A stretch of DNA of 64,000 nucleotides from positions 129,396,001-129,460,000 of the forward strand of contig NC_058368.1 in NCBI RefSeq assembly GCF_018350175.1, in the 5' to 3' direction. Below the pieces are notes generated by a model. It was not told where the DNA came from. It was given only the letters and a program-made list of their open reading frames with translations, and searched no databases. This document shows, one piece after another, positions 50,321-62,440 of this stretch. Within the stretch, counting starts at the first letter, position 1; the number at the start of each line of letters is the position of its first letter. Origin of the DNA: Felis catus. Lineage: Eukaryota. A program made the position numbers and the translations under genes.

Positions 50321-51360
50321 GTTCTCCATTACACTGAGTCTTCCTCCAAATGGAGTTCAGCCCATCTGGAAACAGCCTCTCAGGATTTTGGTTGGTTCTC
50401 TTCACAAGAAAACTTAACAATATTAAGACAGTGGAATGAACTATACCCCCCACCTCTGCAGCTGGTCTCAAAGCCATTACTGATACTTTTCCTCTCCTTC
50501 CTTTGCTACCCATTCTAGATTCCTCCCACTCAGTTGTATCTCTGAAGGTCTTGGTGGCTAAGATGGTGGGGCCATACACTCCTAATCCCTGAATGTTCTG
50601 AGACACTGGTCACTGTCACCATCTCAGGTCACGGCTGCTCCTTGAGTCCATGTGTTGTGAAGGTGGGTCAAAGGAATACCAAGAGATGGTCTAGCGGATC
50701 ACTGATTTACTGAAGAATTCCCTGCCTTGCTTGTATAACCTCTGCCAGACCTAGATTGGCACAGGAGCCCAAAGTGACTGGGCAGCAATGGTAGCTTCCA
50801 GTTTAATTGGCTTCTCACTGTGTCCTCTGGGAGAAACAATCACTCCTTTCAGAACTATCACTTTAGACCTACATATCCTAGTCAGGAACAGAAAGTAGAA
50901 ATTCCCCAGGTCACTGCCATTGATGCTACCTTTCCCTCTAGGTTCTTGGACATTTTCCAGGGGAATATATCACGTGATTGACTTAGGGTATATATTGCAA
51001 CCTGGCGGATGCCATCCCATTCTGTTAGGGCATCTTCTCTAAGATGGCACCTCATCTGCCCTGTCAAAAGGTCGTTCTAGAAGCCCAGAAGCTTTTGGAA
51101 GGTGAGGAATATGATAAAACTAGTGAATCCTATGGTCATGTGCATGCTGCATCTCCTTTGTGGGAATTTGGGCCCCATGGTCTAATGTGATGTTATGTGC
51201 AATCTTTTGTTAGTGAGTCAAACACTTTAGAAGACAAAACCATATTCAAAGCATGTGCTAGTGTCAATCAAGATAAATAGTTGCCCCTTCTAGGGTGGAG
51301 AAGGTCTAATGTAATCAACTGTGGCCAAGTGACCGGTCTCCTCACAGCATGGTATGAGGA
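50320..51360 (-). mobile_element. ERVL internal sequence (ERV3-16A3-like) adjoining the LTR16
   Basis: ggaaacagcctctcaggattttggttgg, caggagcccaaagtgactgggcagc, gtgaatcctatggtcatg, ggtctaatgtaatcaac resemble recalled ERVL internal antisense. Confidence 0.55.
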
Positions 51361-51624
51361 ACTTAAAGTACCTCTCATACACCTATCAGTCTACCTTCAA
51401 GTCACACTCTACCACTCCATGCAGAGTATTTTTATAAGCATAATTTAAAAGTCTTTCACCAGTAATGCTTACATTTTACCTCTCCAGGCTGTTGTACTGT
51501 TGTTGTTATATATTTAACTTGTATGGATGTTACAGGGTGTACAATACATGGTTATTATTTTTATTTAAGGAATCAATTTTGTCTTTAAGAAATTGAAATA
51601 TGAAAAAAAATGAAATATGAAAAA

Positions 51625-51745
51625 ATCCCTGGACTTACCTACCTTTGGACTTCCTGTTAAATGAGAGAATGTACATTCCTAACATTTAAGCCACTGTTTT
51701 TCAGGAGTTCTGTGACTTGCAGCCAAATACATCTTAAGTGATAAG
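51625..51745 (+). mobile_element. MaLR LTR 3' end (MLT1J/K-like)
   Basis: ctacctttggacttcctgttaaatgagag..tttaagccactg..tctgtgacttgcagccaaa..ttaagtgata. Confidence 0.7.
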
Positions 51746-52559
51746 TACTTTTACCATGACTCAGTTTCTTCCAGAATAGGAAAGATGATGTTCTGAGAAT
51801 AGTGGTTGCTATCAGAGAAGGGGGAATCCCAATGGCAAACCACCTACTTCACAATTTTTCAAAGGGGTGGCACTATCGAACCATGACTGTGGGCAATCAC
51901 AGAACCCTTAATGTTAGAGTCATTTAACAGACAATGGCTATGCAGAAGTTGCGCTGATAGGGAGCTTGCTGGCAATGTCCCTGGAAGGAGAGCTGCATGG
52001 ATTCTTGAGTGGAATACTAACTTCCAATGCCCGTGATCCACAGGAGGAAAAAAAAAAAAGCCCTAGCCAAAGTTACTTGAAATAATATATATTAATACAG
52101 TTCCATCATAAATAATACATACTGTTAATATGGCTTTAAATAATGTATAATGCTAGATTTGCATAATAAATAATACATAAATATGTAATCATCCCATGAA
52201 GTCATATGAAATTAGTAATCGTGAAGAAAACTTAACCTATTAACATGCTACGAGAGGAAAGGCTTACAAGTGGCTCAGAGGGCATTAATCATTGCTGCCG
52301 TGCAATATCTTAGCTCCGAGAAACACCAGCCTTGTGCAAAGTATTTGATCTCTATTTCTTTCTGCAGAAAATAACTAGTAAGAGACTTTTCAGTGTGTAG
52401 TCAATAAAGAGTTTCTGAGCTCTGTAAAAATAACATTGTTTTTTAAATCTCCAATCCATCAGTGATTGAAGGACTATTGAAGAGTTATTTCCTAAAAGTG
52501 AGGCAATGAAAATCATTGTCATTGACTCCATCAAGCCCTTCCATTTTTTCCAGGGATTC

Positions 52560-52755
52560 AGTTGTATTATTTTATGTAATAGTAATGCTAGTACCCTGTG
52601 AAGTAGGTAGACACCATTATCTCCATTTTCCAGCTCAGGAAACGGGGGTGGGAGACATTAAGTGACCTATCCGAGGTTATACAGCCGGTTGGTGGCAGGG
52701 AGAGGTATACACTTCTCCCGAAACTAAAGCCTGTCGTTTTTCCTTTACAATGTGT
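52560..52755 (-). mobile_element. MIR SINE
   Basis: accctgtgaagtaggt..attatctccattttccagctcaggaaac..ttaagtgacctatccgaggttatacagc. Confidence 0.8.
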
Positions 52756-52849
52756 ACCCTGCTCTCATTTGAAGTGTAGCCTTTCTCTGTGGATTAAGAT
52801 GCTGGATATTTTATCATTCAGATTCGGCAAGCCTTTGAAGAATTCATTT

Positions 52850-53050
52850 TGTGTGCCTGACGCTGTTTTACACACATCATGTAGGCGATGTCGTTTGTTC
52901 CCCACAATATTCCCATTGGGCATTTGTACCTTCGCCTTCATCTTACAGGTTAGGAAACCGAGGCTCAGAAAATGAAATGACTTGCCCAAAGACCCAGGGT
53001 GTGAGGAAAAGCTGAGTCGTGAGATTCCAAACCACAGCATGCTGCATCTC
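52850..53050 (-). mobile_element. MIR SINE
   Basis: catcttacaggttaggaaaccgaggctcagaaaatgaaatgacttgcccaaagac. Confidence 0.8.
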
Positions 53051-53639
53051 TGATGAAGGGTGATGTATGGTGCCTCCTGCTTTAACACCTGGCTCTTGGG
53101 CCTTCTCCAGAGAGCAGACCTAAGACTCTTGCCTGGTAAAACTGGACGGCTTCCTTCTGGAATAGGAGAGGTAATGTTCTAGAAGTGAGGGTTGTTGTTA
53201 AGATATTTGGGGTCTCGGAGAGCAAACTTTCTATTTCGCAGATTTTCAAAGGGCTGGCACTCTAAGTGACCTCAGGTACATCAGTAGCCAAGCCTACTCA
53301 TGGTACTTCACAAACACTCAAAATTCTTGACTTTCTCATATTCTCCTTCTCTACAGGATACAGTTGGTTAAAAGTCCCCATTCCTCTGGTAATAGCATTC
53401 TTGGAAATTCTGCTTTGAGATACATTCTTCTGAGAAAGACATAACCTACTGAAGAGGTAGTAAGAAGGGTTGACACCATAAATGTCGAGATTACCCCAGA
53501 GAGTAAATATAAACCACTTGCATCTTTCAGGCTGAATTATAGCTTATCAAGCACACATTAAACCTTTAAGCCTTTTTTTCCTTAAGTAAGAATAAATCTA
53601 AGTTGACTATTCCAGCATATGTATTTGTTTTCCCTACAG

Positions 53640-53660
53640 TGTCTATAAACCATGTCCAAG
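53640..53660 (+). other. Candidate 21-nt micro-exon (unassigned transcript)
   Basis: gtatttgttttccctacag | TGTCTATAAACCATGTCCAAG | gtgagt; branch-like ttgac about 33 nt upstream. Confidence 0.3.
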
Positions 53661-54019
53661 GTGAGTATTTATAAGCCCGAGTAAAAACTAGACAAACAAT
53701 TCTGAGAATAAGTGACAACTATAGCAGTTAGTGATAAGACAGTCACAACAAAGGAAATGCTATGCATTAAGTGATTTTTCTTGCAAATCCTTTATACATA
53801 TGTCAGGCTGTGTGCTGGCAGAAGGAAAGAGCATAAATCAAAGAGAAAACCAATGTAAGAAAGGGTTTTTAGGCAAATGCTGTCTTATATGCATAAATCA
53901 AATAAATAGTGATTTTAAAAACCCAAAGGAACAGCATAGAGTTCTGTGGAATTTTGTACAATGAAGTTATTTAGCAATTGCACAACAATTTGTCTTTATG
54001 GCGCACTTTGCAATTATTT

Positions 54020-54180
54020 GCTCGTTAAATCTTATGACACTTCTGGCAAATGGGTCCATACCATTAGTGTAATTTTCTAGCCAAGGTCACTGAAGCAGGG
54101 AATTAGAAAGGAACCTTCTCAAGGTTGCACAGCCAGGTTCAGGTGTCCAAGGACTTCAGAACTCCTGTTCCCACAGTCTT
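54020..54180 (-). mobile_element. MIR fragment
   Basis: ttaaatcttatgacac..cactgaagcagg..ttctcaaggttgcacagc. Confidence 0.5.
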
Positions 54181-54449
54181 GCGTTGGAGTTACAGGGTAA
54201 TGGTTCAGCTCCCTGTTGGCTCCCTCCTTGATGAGGGACGCATTGGCAGGGCATACCCAGACATATGGAGGTGGGTGGTGAATGCAAAGACTCCTGGCAG
54301 CAAATCAAGAAGTGCCAGTGGTTGATGTTGGTGTTAACTTTGCAGCTGGAACGTGAACCCACTGCCGTGTCAACACATGCCTATATGATGCAAACACACA
54401 TCTGCAACAGAGCCTAGTTTGAGATGTTCACAACCATGAGGTCTAAAGT

Positions 54450-54611
54450 TACAGTTCCCAGCCCAGGCTGCGATGCCTGGAGTGCTTTAAAAACAAATCA
54501 GTGCCCCAGGATCAATGAAATCTGAATCTCCAAGATTGCGACTTGGACAAGGATAGTCTCAAAGAGTGACCCGGGTTTTTCTAACATGTGGCCAGACTTG
54601 AGAACCACTGG
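54450..54611. mobile_element. MER5-family MITE
   Basis: cagttcccagcccaggctg..cctggagtgctttaaaa..aatctgaatctc..gccagacttgagaaccactg. Confidence 0.65.
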
Positions 54612-54624
54612 TATAAAGATCCTA

Positions 54625-54787
54625 ATAGGTCCATGGTTGGGCAGGTTGTTCACTGCCCAAGGACATCTGACTGAAGGACCAGTGGGGACTGAAATTCAGC
54701 CCATACACAGTGCGCCCTCATTTGGAGGTGGCAACAGTTTTTAAATTAGGGTTATTTTTTTGTCTAATTTCCGCAAAGGAGGCCCTG
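54625..54787. mobile_element. hAT-Tip100 MITE, MER91A-like
   Basis: ggttgggcaggttgttcactgcccaagg..ggggactgaaattcagccc..gtgcgccct..tctaatttccgcaaagg. Confidence 0.65.
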
Positions 54788-54849
54788 GGTCATTCCCCTA
54801 TTCCCGGGTGTGCATTGCTGCATATCCAACATACTCTGTTTCAGCTTAT

Positions 54850-55100
54850 TTTATATGGATACATCAGCAATTATATTTAGGATCTACTGAATGCTGGGCC
54901 CTTGATATACACAGGGATACAAAACATTCACAGCTCCTGTCCTTATGGAGTCCATGGCCTGCAGGAGAAGGCAAGTGATTTAACAGCGAGTTACATGACA
55001 CTACGAGTATGCCTGTAGGAAGAAGGGCACTCCAGCCGGACCTGGGGGCTCAGGGGATCTCTTGTGGAGGCAGTATAAAAGGGAGGGGTGGCACTGAAGG
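54850..55100 (-). mobile_element. L2 3' fragment
   Basis: cagcaattatatttaggatctactgaatgctggg..gatacaaaa..ctcctgtccttatggag. Confidence 0.55.
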
Positions 55101-55905
55101 CTGAGTGCTAGCGCTCAAAGAAATCTAAACTGAACAGAGACCAGGATTACCGGGGAGTTGGCAGTGGTTCAGCCTGTCCATCCACAGCCTGGGGTGTGGG
55201 AAGGATGGATGGGGGGGCTGAGGAGTGTGGCTGGTTCTCCCAATCTTCCAAGAGGAGGGCTGGCCATTTGCAAGCTTAATCACTGTCCTCCACTCCTCAG
55301 CCCTGCCATCCTCCTTCCACGTTTCCATTCTCTCTCCCTCCCTCCCCTCTTCCTGTCAGATATGGTCCTTGATTAGAGTGGAAAATACCTAAACTGCTTG
55401 TACCTTACTTCCTGGAATCTTAAACTCCAGGCGCTGGAAAGAAACAGAAAGCTGAGACGCAGGCAAGGGAACAAACAAGCATGGGGACACAGATGCCACC
55501 ACCTCACTCGGTGCCACCTGGCACAACCTCACAGTTGGCAGAGAGTCCTCCCTGCTCACCACTCTCTTCGCTTGCCATGCCTGGTCCTGAAATCACAGTC
55601 CACATTACCGTCTCAGTGCCTGGGCTGGTGGGGGGGGGGGGGAGGAAATGGGTGCTGTAAACCAAATGAGTTTGGTCACAAGCTCGTGGAATGATTGCAC
55701 CTGAGTAATTGGGTACAGCAGCGCTTGTTACACCAACCCCTCTATTTCCGATGATGTTTGAAATTTTCTGTTATGAAAGGAGAAAAACAAAAACCAAATC
55801 CAGATCCTCTACTGCTCCTTGCCTTTGTTCATTTTGCTTCTCATTGCCTCTAGTGATACTCTGTTCTTTTTTAAACCCTGATTTGATTTGATTTGGGTTC
55901 AAGGG

Positions 55906-56130
55906 TTGTTTTTTTTTCATTTTTTTAATGTTTATTTTTGAGAGAGAGAGACAGACAGACAGAATGTGAGCAGGGGAGGGGCAGAGAGAGGGAGAGACAC
56001 AGAATCTGGAGCAGGCTCCAAGCTCTGAGCTGTCAGCACAGAGCCCCACACGGGGCTCAAACTACGAACCGTGAGATCATGACCTAAGCCGAAGTCAGAC
56101 GCTTAACCAACTGAGCCACCCAGGTGCCCC
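55906..56130 (-). mobile_element. Can-SINE (SINEC_Fc-type)
   Basis: gagacacagaatctggagcaggctccaagctctgagctgtcagcacagagcccc..ctgagccacccaggtgcccc. Confidence 0.96.
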
Positions 56131-56804
56131 TCTAGTTTTTACTCCAAAATACATGCCTTCATTTTATTCATAGGGTGATTTTAATTTCCTAATAAGTTAA
56201 AATCGCAATTCAACACATCAAAATTCGCTTCACTTCCCCCACTGCCTGCCAAAGTTCAGGAGTGCATGGGTACACCCATGGGTATATACATATATAACAT
56301 ACCCGTCCATTTCTCCCCCTCGTAGTTCTGGTTGATGGTCCTGCTTCCCTTCTCACTGTGGCTAGGGCAACTCTGAACATTCGGAGATTCAGTCAGGCCG
56401 ACACCATGATTACACCACCCTGGGAAACTGAAAATATTTCTTCACTTCCAGTTGGAAGACCTACGGTGGGATTGGGGGTAAATGGGCATTCGGCTTTTGA
56501 GCAAAGACAAGCTCTGCACTGCCAAGCCGATCTCAACCCATTTCCACGCATTAGCCCACTGCAGGGCAGCTAAGTCTCTACCTTCCAGGGGGTGAGGACT
56601 TACACCTGTAAACCAGAAGGAGACTTTCCACAGTTCTCCAAGCCTTGGGCCACTCACTGGGTTTTACAGCACCGCCGAATCCCAGGACACATGTGTACCA
56701 TGAAACATGGCCTCTTCTGGACAGCCAGGGTACCTCGTGCTTACATCTACCATATGCGGTACCACATCGTGTTCCATGATCTTCCTTATACCTTCTCCTC
56801 CCTA

Positions 56805-56915
56805 TAGACAAGCTCGGAGCACAAAGGAGGGGCCGTCTTTTCTAAACTCCCTATACCTGGTGTTTACTGTGTGATCCACGGTTGGTGATCCACATATATT
56901 TGTTGAGTGAATGAA
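56805..56915 (+). mobile_element. L2 3' terminus
   Basis: tagacaagctc..atatatttgttgagtgaatgaa. Confidence 0.5.
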
Positions 56916-57789
56916 CTGCCAAATCGTACTGAAATTTAAGCCTATCTAATTTGGAAGGAATTTATGTGGAGATAAAGAATAAGTACATCCCATATTCACA
57001 TCTTCCAGCAGACAAATATGTTATACCCATCTTTTGATGGCCTCAGTTCCATACATGGGAGCTATGACTTGGCTTCCTAAGGAGCAGCCTACGTTCTCTG
57101 TGTCTGTCTCATAAGGACGTGGCCATTCTGCCCCAGCTTTACCTTCTCCAAATCAATCAGTTGAAGGAAAAAGAGAGAAAAATCAAATTTTACCTTTGTG
57201 CTTTTGTCAAGACTGAAGAACTAGTTTATTGATGAAGAATGGTCTTTATTTCAGACAGTCTGTGGTAGCTTTAGATGGCTACCACTGAAGCCCTCATGGC
57301 TCTTGTCTATTCCCAAAGGCCAATTCATGTCCCTCCTGTGCTGTGATCTCCAAGGACCACAAATGTGGGTTCACTGAGAGCACGTGAGCAGCCCTCTCCA
57401 CGAGACAACAGGCAGTGAGTTTATGGCACCCTCCCATTGCTGGTTCTGTCTTCGGGCTACCAGGAGGTGGATGAGGATTTGTAGCCCATGAAAGAACCAC
57501 CCCTAAGCTGCACCCTAAAGGGAAACAGAAGGGAGAGTCAGCAGGCTCTGCCCTACTCTGCTACTGAGGAGTTACTAGATTACACAGGCATCCAGCCATA
57601 AACTTGCTTCCACCAGCATAAATCACACAAACATGACAGAACTGAACATGTGCTGGAGCCAAATGTGCATATTGCGATTCTTTTGTCATCTCCTCAACCA
57701 GACCTTAAAACAGTAATTTCATAGCTCTGCCCTCATTTGAAACCTGACATTGTCTTAACAGACCCGAAAGGGTGAGGAGTCTCACACAG

Positions 57790-58090
57790 CTGGAGCGGAA
57801 GCACTGCAGTGCCCGCGTGCCCCCCTCCGCACTTCCGGTGCCCTCTGACCTCTGCGTGGTGGAAGGAGACGCGGGGACCCTGGCTTCGCCCTTCGTGGAC
57901 TCCTGGTTTGGGCTCGCTTTGCGATTGAGGAAACGGAGGCTTGGAGAAGGTAAAACCGCGTCCGTCATGGCGTCGCGTGAGGATCAAGGAGCTCACTGAT
58001 AAAAAGGCCCTTAGCATGGACTGCGGTAACGTGACTTGCCCGTCCTCCTGGTTGCCCTTGTTGCGTTGCTGCTTCCAGGGCGTTCTGTAG
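57790..58090. promoter_or_regulatory. Small CpG-dense patch, candidate orphan CpG island or enhancer
   Basis: About 24 CpG in about 300 bp by hand count against a CpG-poor background; ETS-type CACTTCCGGT at 57830-57839. Confidence 0.4.
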
Positions 58091-58827
58091 GCTTGTCTCT
58101 TGTCTCTGACTCTGTCATTGTCCTGGCTGCCCCTCAAGGCCAGAGCCCACGTCTCCTCTCTGTCTCATGGCACCTTCTCTCATTAGGCACTCAATAAATG
58201 TTGTTGACAGACTGGCTGACTGCCTGACTAAAAATGGCATCTCTCCACCAAGGGCAAGTGTCCTTCACTGCCTTTATTTATTGCTTAATGTCAAATGGTG
58301 TCATCAGCATGGTATAATTTTCCTGAAATGCACATCAGGATTAATAAGAGGGGTAGAGAATTCCAAATTGTTTGGGGGTTTTGGTCCCAATTAGTATCAT
58401 ATCATTAGTAGCAGGACTTCAGTAATATCTTGTAGGGGTAGAAATCTTTGAGTTAAACATGCCAATTTATCGCTGATTTTATCTGATGTCCCCAATTTTT
58501 ATGACACGATTTGTATGCATATTAGAGAATTTTCAGCTGTTATAGGTTACTTCCTACTGCTTTAACTTTGGGAGACGAAAATCAAGCGTCAGAAGCACAT
58601 GTATGCTGTTTAACAAATGACAAGAACAAACAAAGAAAACCATTCCCTGTTTTCCATTTGAAGGTCTCCCTTCTTTTCAACAAATTGTCAGCAGGCTTGG
58701 GAATCCAAGTGAAGGCGTCTCTGTTCCAAGCTACATTCTTGTCTGTGTAGTTTGCAAGAGGAGGGGGTGGGGGGAAGATGTAAGTTTGATAAAGTCCTTA
58801 TGCAGCTTTTTTCAAGTAAAACATTAA

Positions 58828-58859
<32 letters not shown>

Positions 58860-58863
58860 ACAC
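58828..58863. repeat. (AC)n microsatellite with one interruption
   Basis: Read directly. Confidence 0.95.
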
Positions 58864-60389
58864 GAACATAGTAAATCCAGTTTTACGAGGTTTATGAAAT
58901 GGTTCCGAATCGTAAAACAGTCCATCCATTTGTCTTTGGATGGACCGCTATTCTTTCAAAATCTCCATCATGACTGCTTTTGCAAACACTCGCCAAATGC
59001 TGTCCGATGGGTTATCATTGCCTTGCACTTTTGTTCTTTTGTTAATTTTGGATAAAGTCCTAGAGTGCAGCAATATTATTGAGCTCATTTCTGCTTAGGT
59101 CTCAAGTTTCGATAGCTCCTCTATTACCAAGTGGCAGTGCACCCTATAGGCACAATAAATAAATAATACAACACTGAAGCTATAACAAATCACAAAATAC
59201 ATTATTAAAAAATTAAGAAATAAATATCCCCCTCTTACTTAAATAGAGATTGATTTTATAATGTGGAAGGCTGAGGAGAGCCTGCTCCAAGATGTATTAA
59301 AGCCTGGGGACAGGGAGAATACACTGTAATGGGCATTTTGCTCCCTCAGCCAGAGGAAGAAAAAACTCCTCCAAGTGAATGGATGTATTTGCGAGGTGGA
59401 AGCTGATATTCTCTGTTTGTTCGCAAGCAAGGTGTGATGCACTGACGCCTTCGTCATGTGAGGTTGGAAAGACCTGCAGGACACATCTGTCTCTCGTAAG
59501 CACAAACTGTTAGTCTGGATGAGGATGAAGAAGACAGATGCTTTCCTAGAACTGAAGTTGGGGAAGCACTGTTCCTTTCCTTTAACTTTCAAGCACCATT
59601 CCAGCTTCCAAAAAGATGTTCTCAAACTAGGATTCTGCCAGGCTTCCTCCAAGGTGTTTTATTTAACAAGGAGACGATATGGCATAGATCTCACCACGAG
59701 GCATTCATTTCAAGAGAAAAGTCAAATAGGATCCCTTCTCCAGAGGTATGAAGACTTTTCTGTGGAAAAGATAAAGCGCCTTGGGTACCTCCACTCTTGG
59801 GAAGTCACTCTTGCATCACTTACTTTGTATGGCACCAGCGACTCCCCGGAAGCCACTGCCTTTGTACTGAAGAAGCTACCGTCTGGAACAGTGTGGCTTT
59901 TTCCCTATCCCAGCAAACCTTGCTGACTTCATTGCTCCCTGCAAAGCCTCCCACTATCTCTGTATAAGGAGAAAAGACAGCTCCTAACAATTGCCCCCAC
60001 CCTTTCCCCACTCCGTAGGTACACAAGACCTTTACTCTGGTGGCCCACAGACAGAAGTTCTTCATTTCCTTATCTCGCTGCCTGCGAAGGTTGCTGGGGA
60101 GACTCAAACATCCTCTCAGGCCTGGGAGTTTAAACCCATGCACAGGGAAGTTCCCACCTACTAAGTAGTTTTTAACAGACCACTGGAAATGGGTGACTTA
60201 AATGAGCTGCTCCATTTGGTTATATGACAATGACTGAGTGAGCCCCTCTGGTTCCAAAGGCTTATGACTGTGTCCTTTGTCTTTCTTCCACGATTTCATA
60301 AGGTGCATTTAGGCAAGGATTGTGGTGATGATTTCGCATTTGCTTGTCTCATTTTTTATGGAGACATTTTCTCAAATACACCTGAAATT

Positions 60390-60650
60390 CTCTGAAACGT
60401 GGAGACATCTGGGAGCCTAAGCTCCCAGAGACCACCGTCTTTGGTGTATGGCTTCTGAGGTCACCCACAGACCTTAATACCCAGCTGGTAAATGGAGAAG
60501 AGCCAAGTTGAAGAATGCAGGGAGGATTTTGACATGCCAGGCCTGCTGTGGAAAACATTACTTCCGTGCATGTTCCCCTGGCCAGAACTGGATACGTGAT
60601 CTTACCTCTATTTAAGTGGAGCTGGCAAATGTCCTCCCCAGCTGGGCATC
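60390..60650 (-). mobile_element. MaLR LTR (MLT1K-like) fragment
   Basis: cattacttccgtgcatgttcccctggccagaact..acgtgatcttacct..ggagctggcaaatgt. Confidence 0.6.
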
Positions 60651-61379
60651 AGCATGTTGGTGGTGAAGATTGCAATGACAGGAAGTGAGAAGGCTGGTGA
60701 GGAGCATGTCAGCTGGCAGTGCTGAGACCAGTTAAAACTCAGTGTGGAAATCGAACTTTCCCACACCCCGTGGCACGCCTGGGATTCTTACAGAGATCTT
60801 GGTGAATTCTTGGGGATTGAAATTCTCAAGATGACTTCTGCCTTCAGACTCCCACTTTCTGTATCTGCTGTCTGCACTCTGCAGTGGGTCAGTGTATAGG
60901 CAAAACACAGCCACTTTTTGGTTTTGGATGACGCTGTATGGCATGCACGCACACACACACATCCATGTACTCTCTTCACTCCCATAAAGTACATGTGAGG
61001 AAGGTAGATCCTGCTAAAACTTTATAGGTCATGGAGATTTATGGATTACATTGCAATTTGCATAGCCAACAACTTCCCATCCATGTTAGTTCTGCCACTG
61101 AGAATTTCTCATGTTCTCTGTCATTTCCAGAAACATCCAACTCTCCGATGCCTTCCTGGCTGACTGGTCTTTCTCTCTCCATTTGCTTGCTTTGCTCCTC
61201 TTCTTTCCCCAGCCCAGGAGTAAAAGTCCAGATTTCTCTGCTTGCCTCATAGGGAGCCCATTGGCTTACTTGGGCCCCTACCTCTGACCTTTAGCAGTCG
61301 GTCAAGGCTTTCCCCGAGATGCGCTGGGCATGAATTCTGGGAGGCACAAATCTTCCGAGCCATGTCAGAAGCTGCCTTC

Positions 61380-61471
61380 CGCTGTGAGTAAGGTGTAAAC
61401 CTCTGTTGTGCTAAGCCACTGAGATTCCAGGTGTTATCAGTTAAAGCAGCTGGCGTTACCTTAAGTCACAC
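61380..61471 (+). mobile_element. MaLR LTR 3' end
   Basis: tgtgag..taaacctctgttgtgctaagccactgagatt..gcagc. Confidence 0.6.
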
Positions 61472-61489
61472 AGGGCAGGAGCAAAACAC

Positions 61490-61720
61490 ATGGTTCTTGT
61501 AAAGTGAGGTCAGAGGGGGCCAGGTTGTACGATGCCTTATAAGAAAGCACTGATAAGAAACTGGCTTTTATTCTAAGTGCAGTGGGAGGTCATTAGGTTT
61601 AAGCATGAAAGAGAAGGAATCTAGGTTTTCTTTCTTGCTACTGTTTGTAAATGTCCTGAAATGAAATGAGAGTAGAAGCCAAGAGACCCATCGGGAGGCC
61701 GTTGTCATTTTACGTAGCAC
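61490..61720 (-). mobile_element. L2 fragment
   Basis: gaggtcagagggggccagg..ggcttttattctaagtgcagtgggaggtcatt..gtagaagccaagagacc..ggaggc. Confidence 0.65.
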
Positions 61721-61741
61721 TGGGTAATAAAGAAACAGGGA

Positions 61742-62194
61742 TATGATGGCTAATGTTATGTGTCAACTTGGCTGGCCACCGTGCCTCGGTATGTACTCAA
61801 ACATCAGTCTGTATGTTTATGTGAGGGTATTTTGGATGAGATGAACATTTAAATCAGTGGACTTTGAGTAAAGCAGATTGCCCTCCATAATGTGGGTAGG
61901 CCTCAACCAATCAACTGAAAGCCTGACATCCCCTGAGCCAGAGTGAATTCTGCAGCAGACGGCCTTTGGACTTGAATTGCAACATGGGCTCTCTCTGCTG
62001 GGTCTGTAGCCTGCCAGCCCACCCTGTGGATTTTGGACTTGCTAGCCTCCATAATTACGCGAGCCAATTCCTTAAAATAAATCTCTCTCTGTCTCTCTAC
62101 ACATACGCACACACATACATATAAACATATACATACATATATCCATACACACACAGTATACTGGTTCTCTTTGTCTGGAGTCAGGACTAATACA
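61742..62194 (+). mobile_element. MLT2 (ERVL) solo LTR
   Basis: tgatggctaatgttatgtgtcaacttggctgg, gactttgagtaaagcagattgccctccataatgtgggt, gagccaattccttaaaataaat, gactaataca end. Confidence 0.92.
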
Positions 62195-62239
62195 GGGGGT
62201 ATAAGCCCACCCAGTATCGAGCAGTAGCAGCAGCCATGG

Positions 62240-62440
62240 CAGCACATTCTGCTATTTTTTGAGTCCGATTCTGTGATCCAGGCGCTCTGCTTGATGTTTT
62301 ATACACATCATCTCCTCCAACCACCCAACAAGTGAAGATTTTTACACCCATTTTACAAATGAGGAAATCAAGACTGAGAGAGCTAAGTGAATTACCCATG
62401 GTCACATACCTGATAAGTGGTAGAATTGCCTGGTCAGGAG
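62240..62440 (-). mobile_element. MIR SINE
   Basis: cccattttacaaatgaggaaatcaagactgagagagctaagtgaattacccatggtcaca..ataagtggtaga. Confidence 0.82.

Noticed and set aside
31168..52166. Identical 16-mer TGCTAGATTTGCATAA at 31168 and 52151
   Set aside because: About one AT-rich 16-mer match is expected by chance in 64 kb; flanks unrelated
57262..57285. Hairpin GTGGTAGC..GCTACCAC
   Set aside because: An 8-bp stem is too short for a miRNA precursor and common by chance
59519..59926. 135-aa ATG-initiated ORF in unique sequence
   Set aside because: No recognisable homology, an equally long antisense ORF overlaps it, and there is no promoter, polyA tail or TSD evidence for a retrogene
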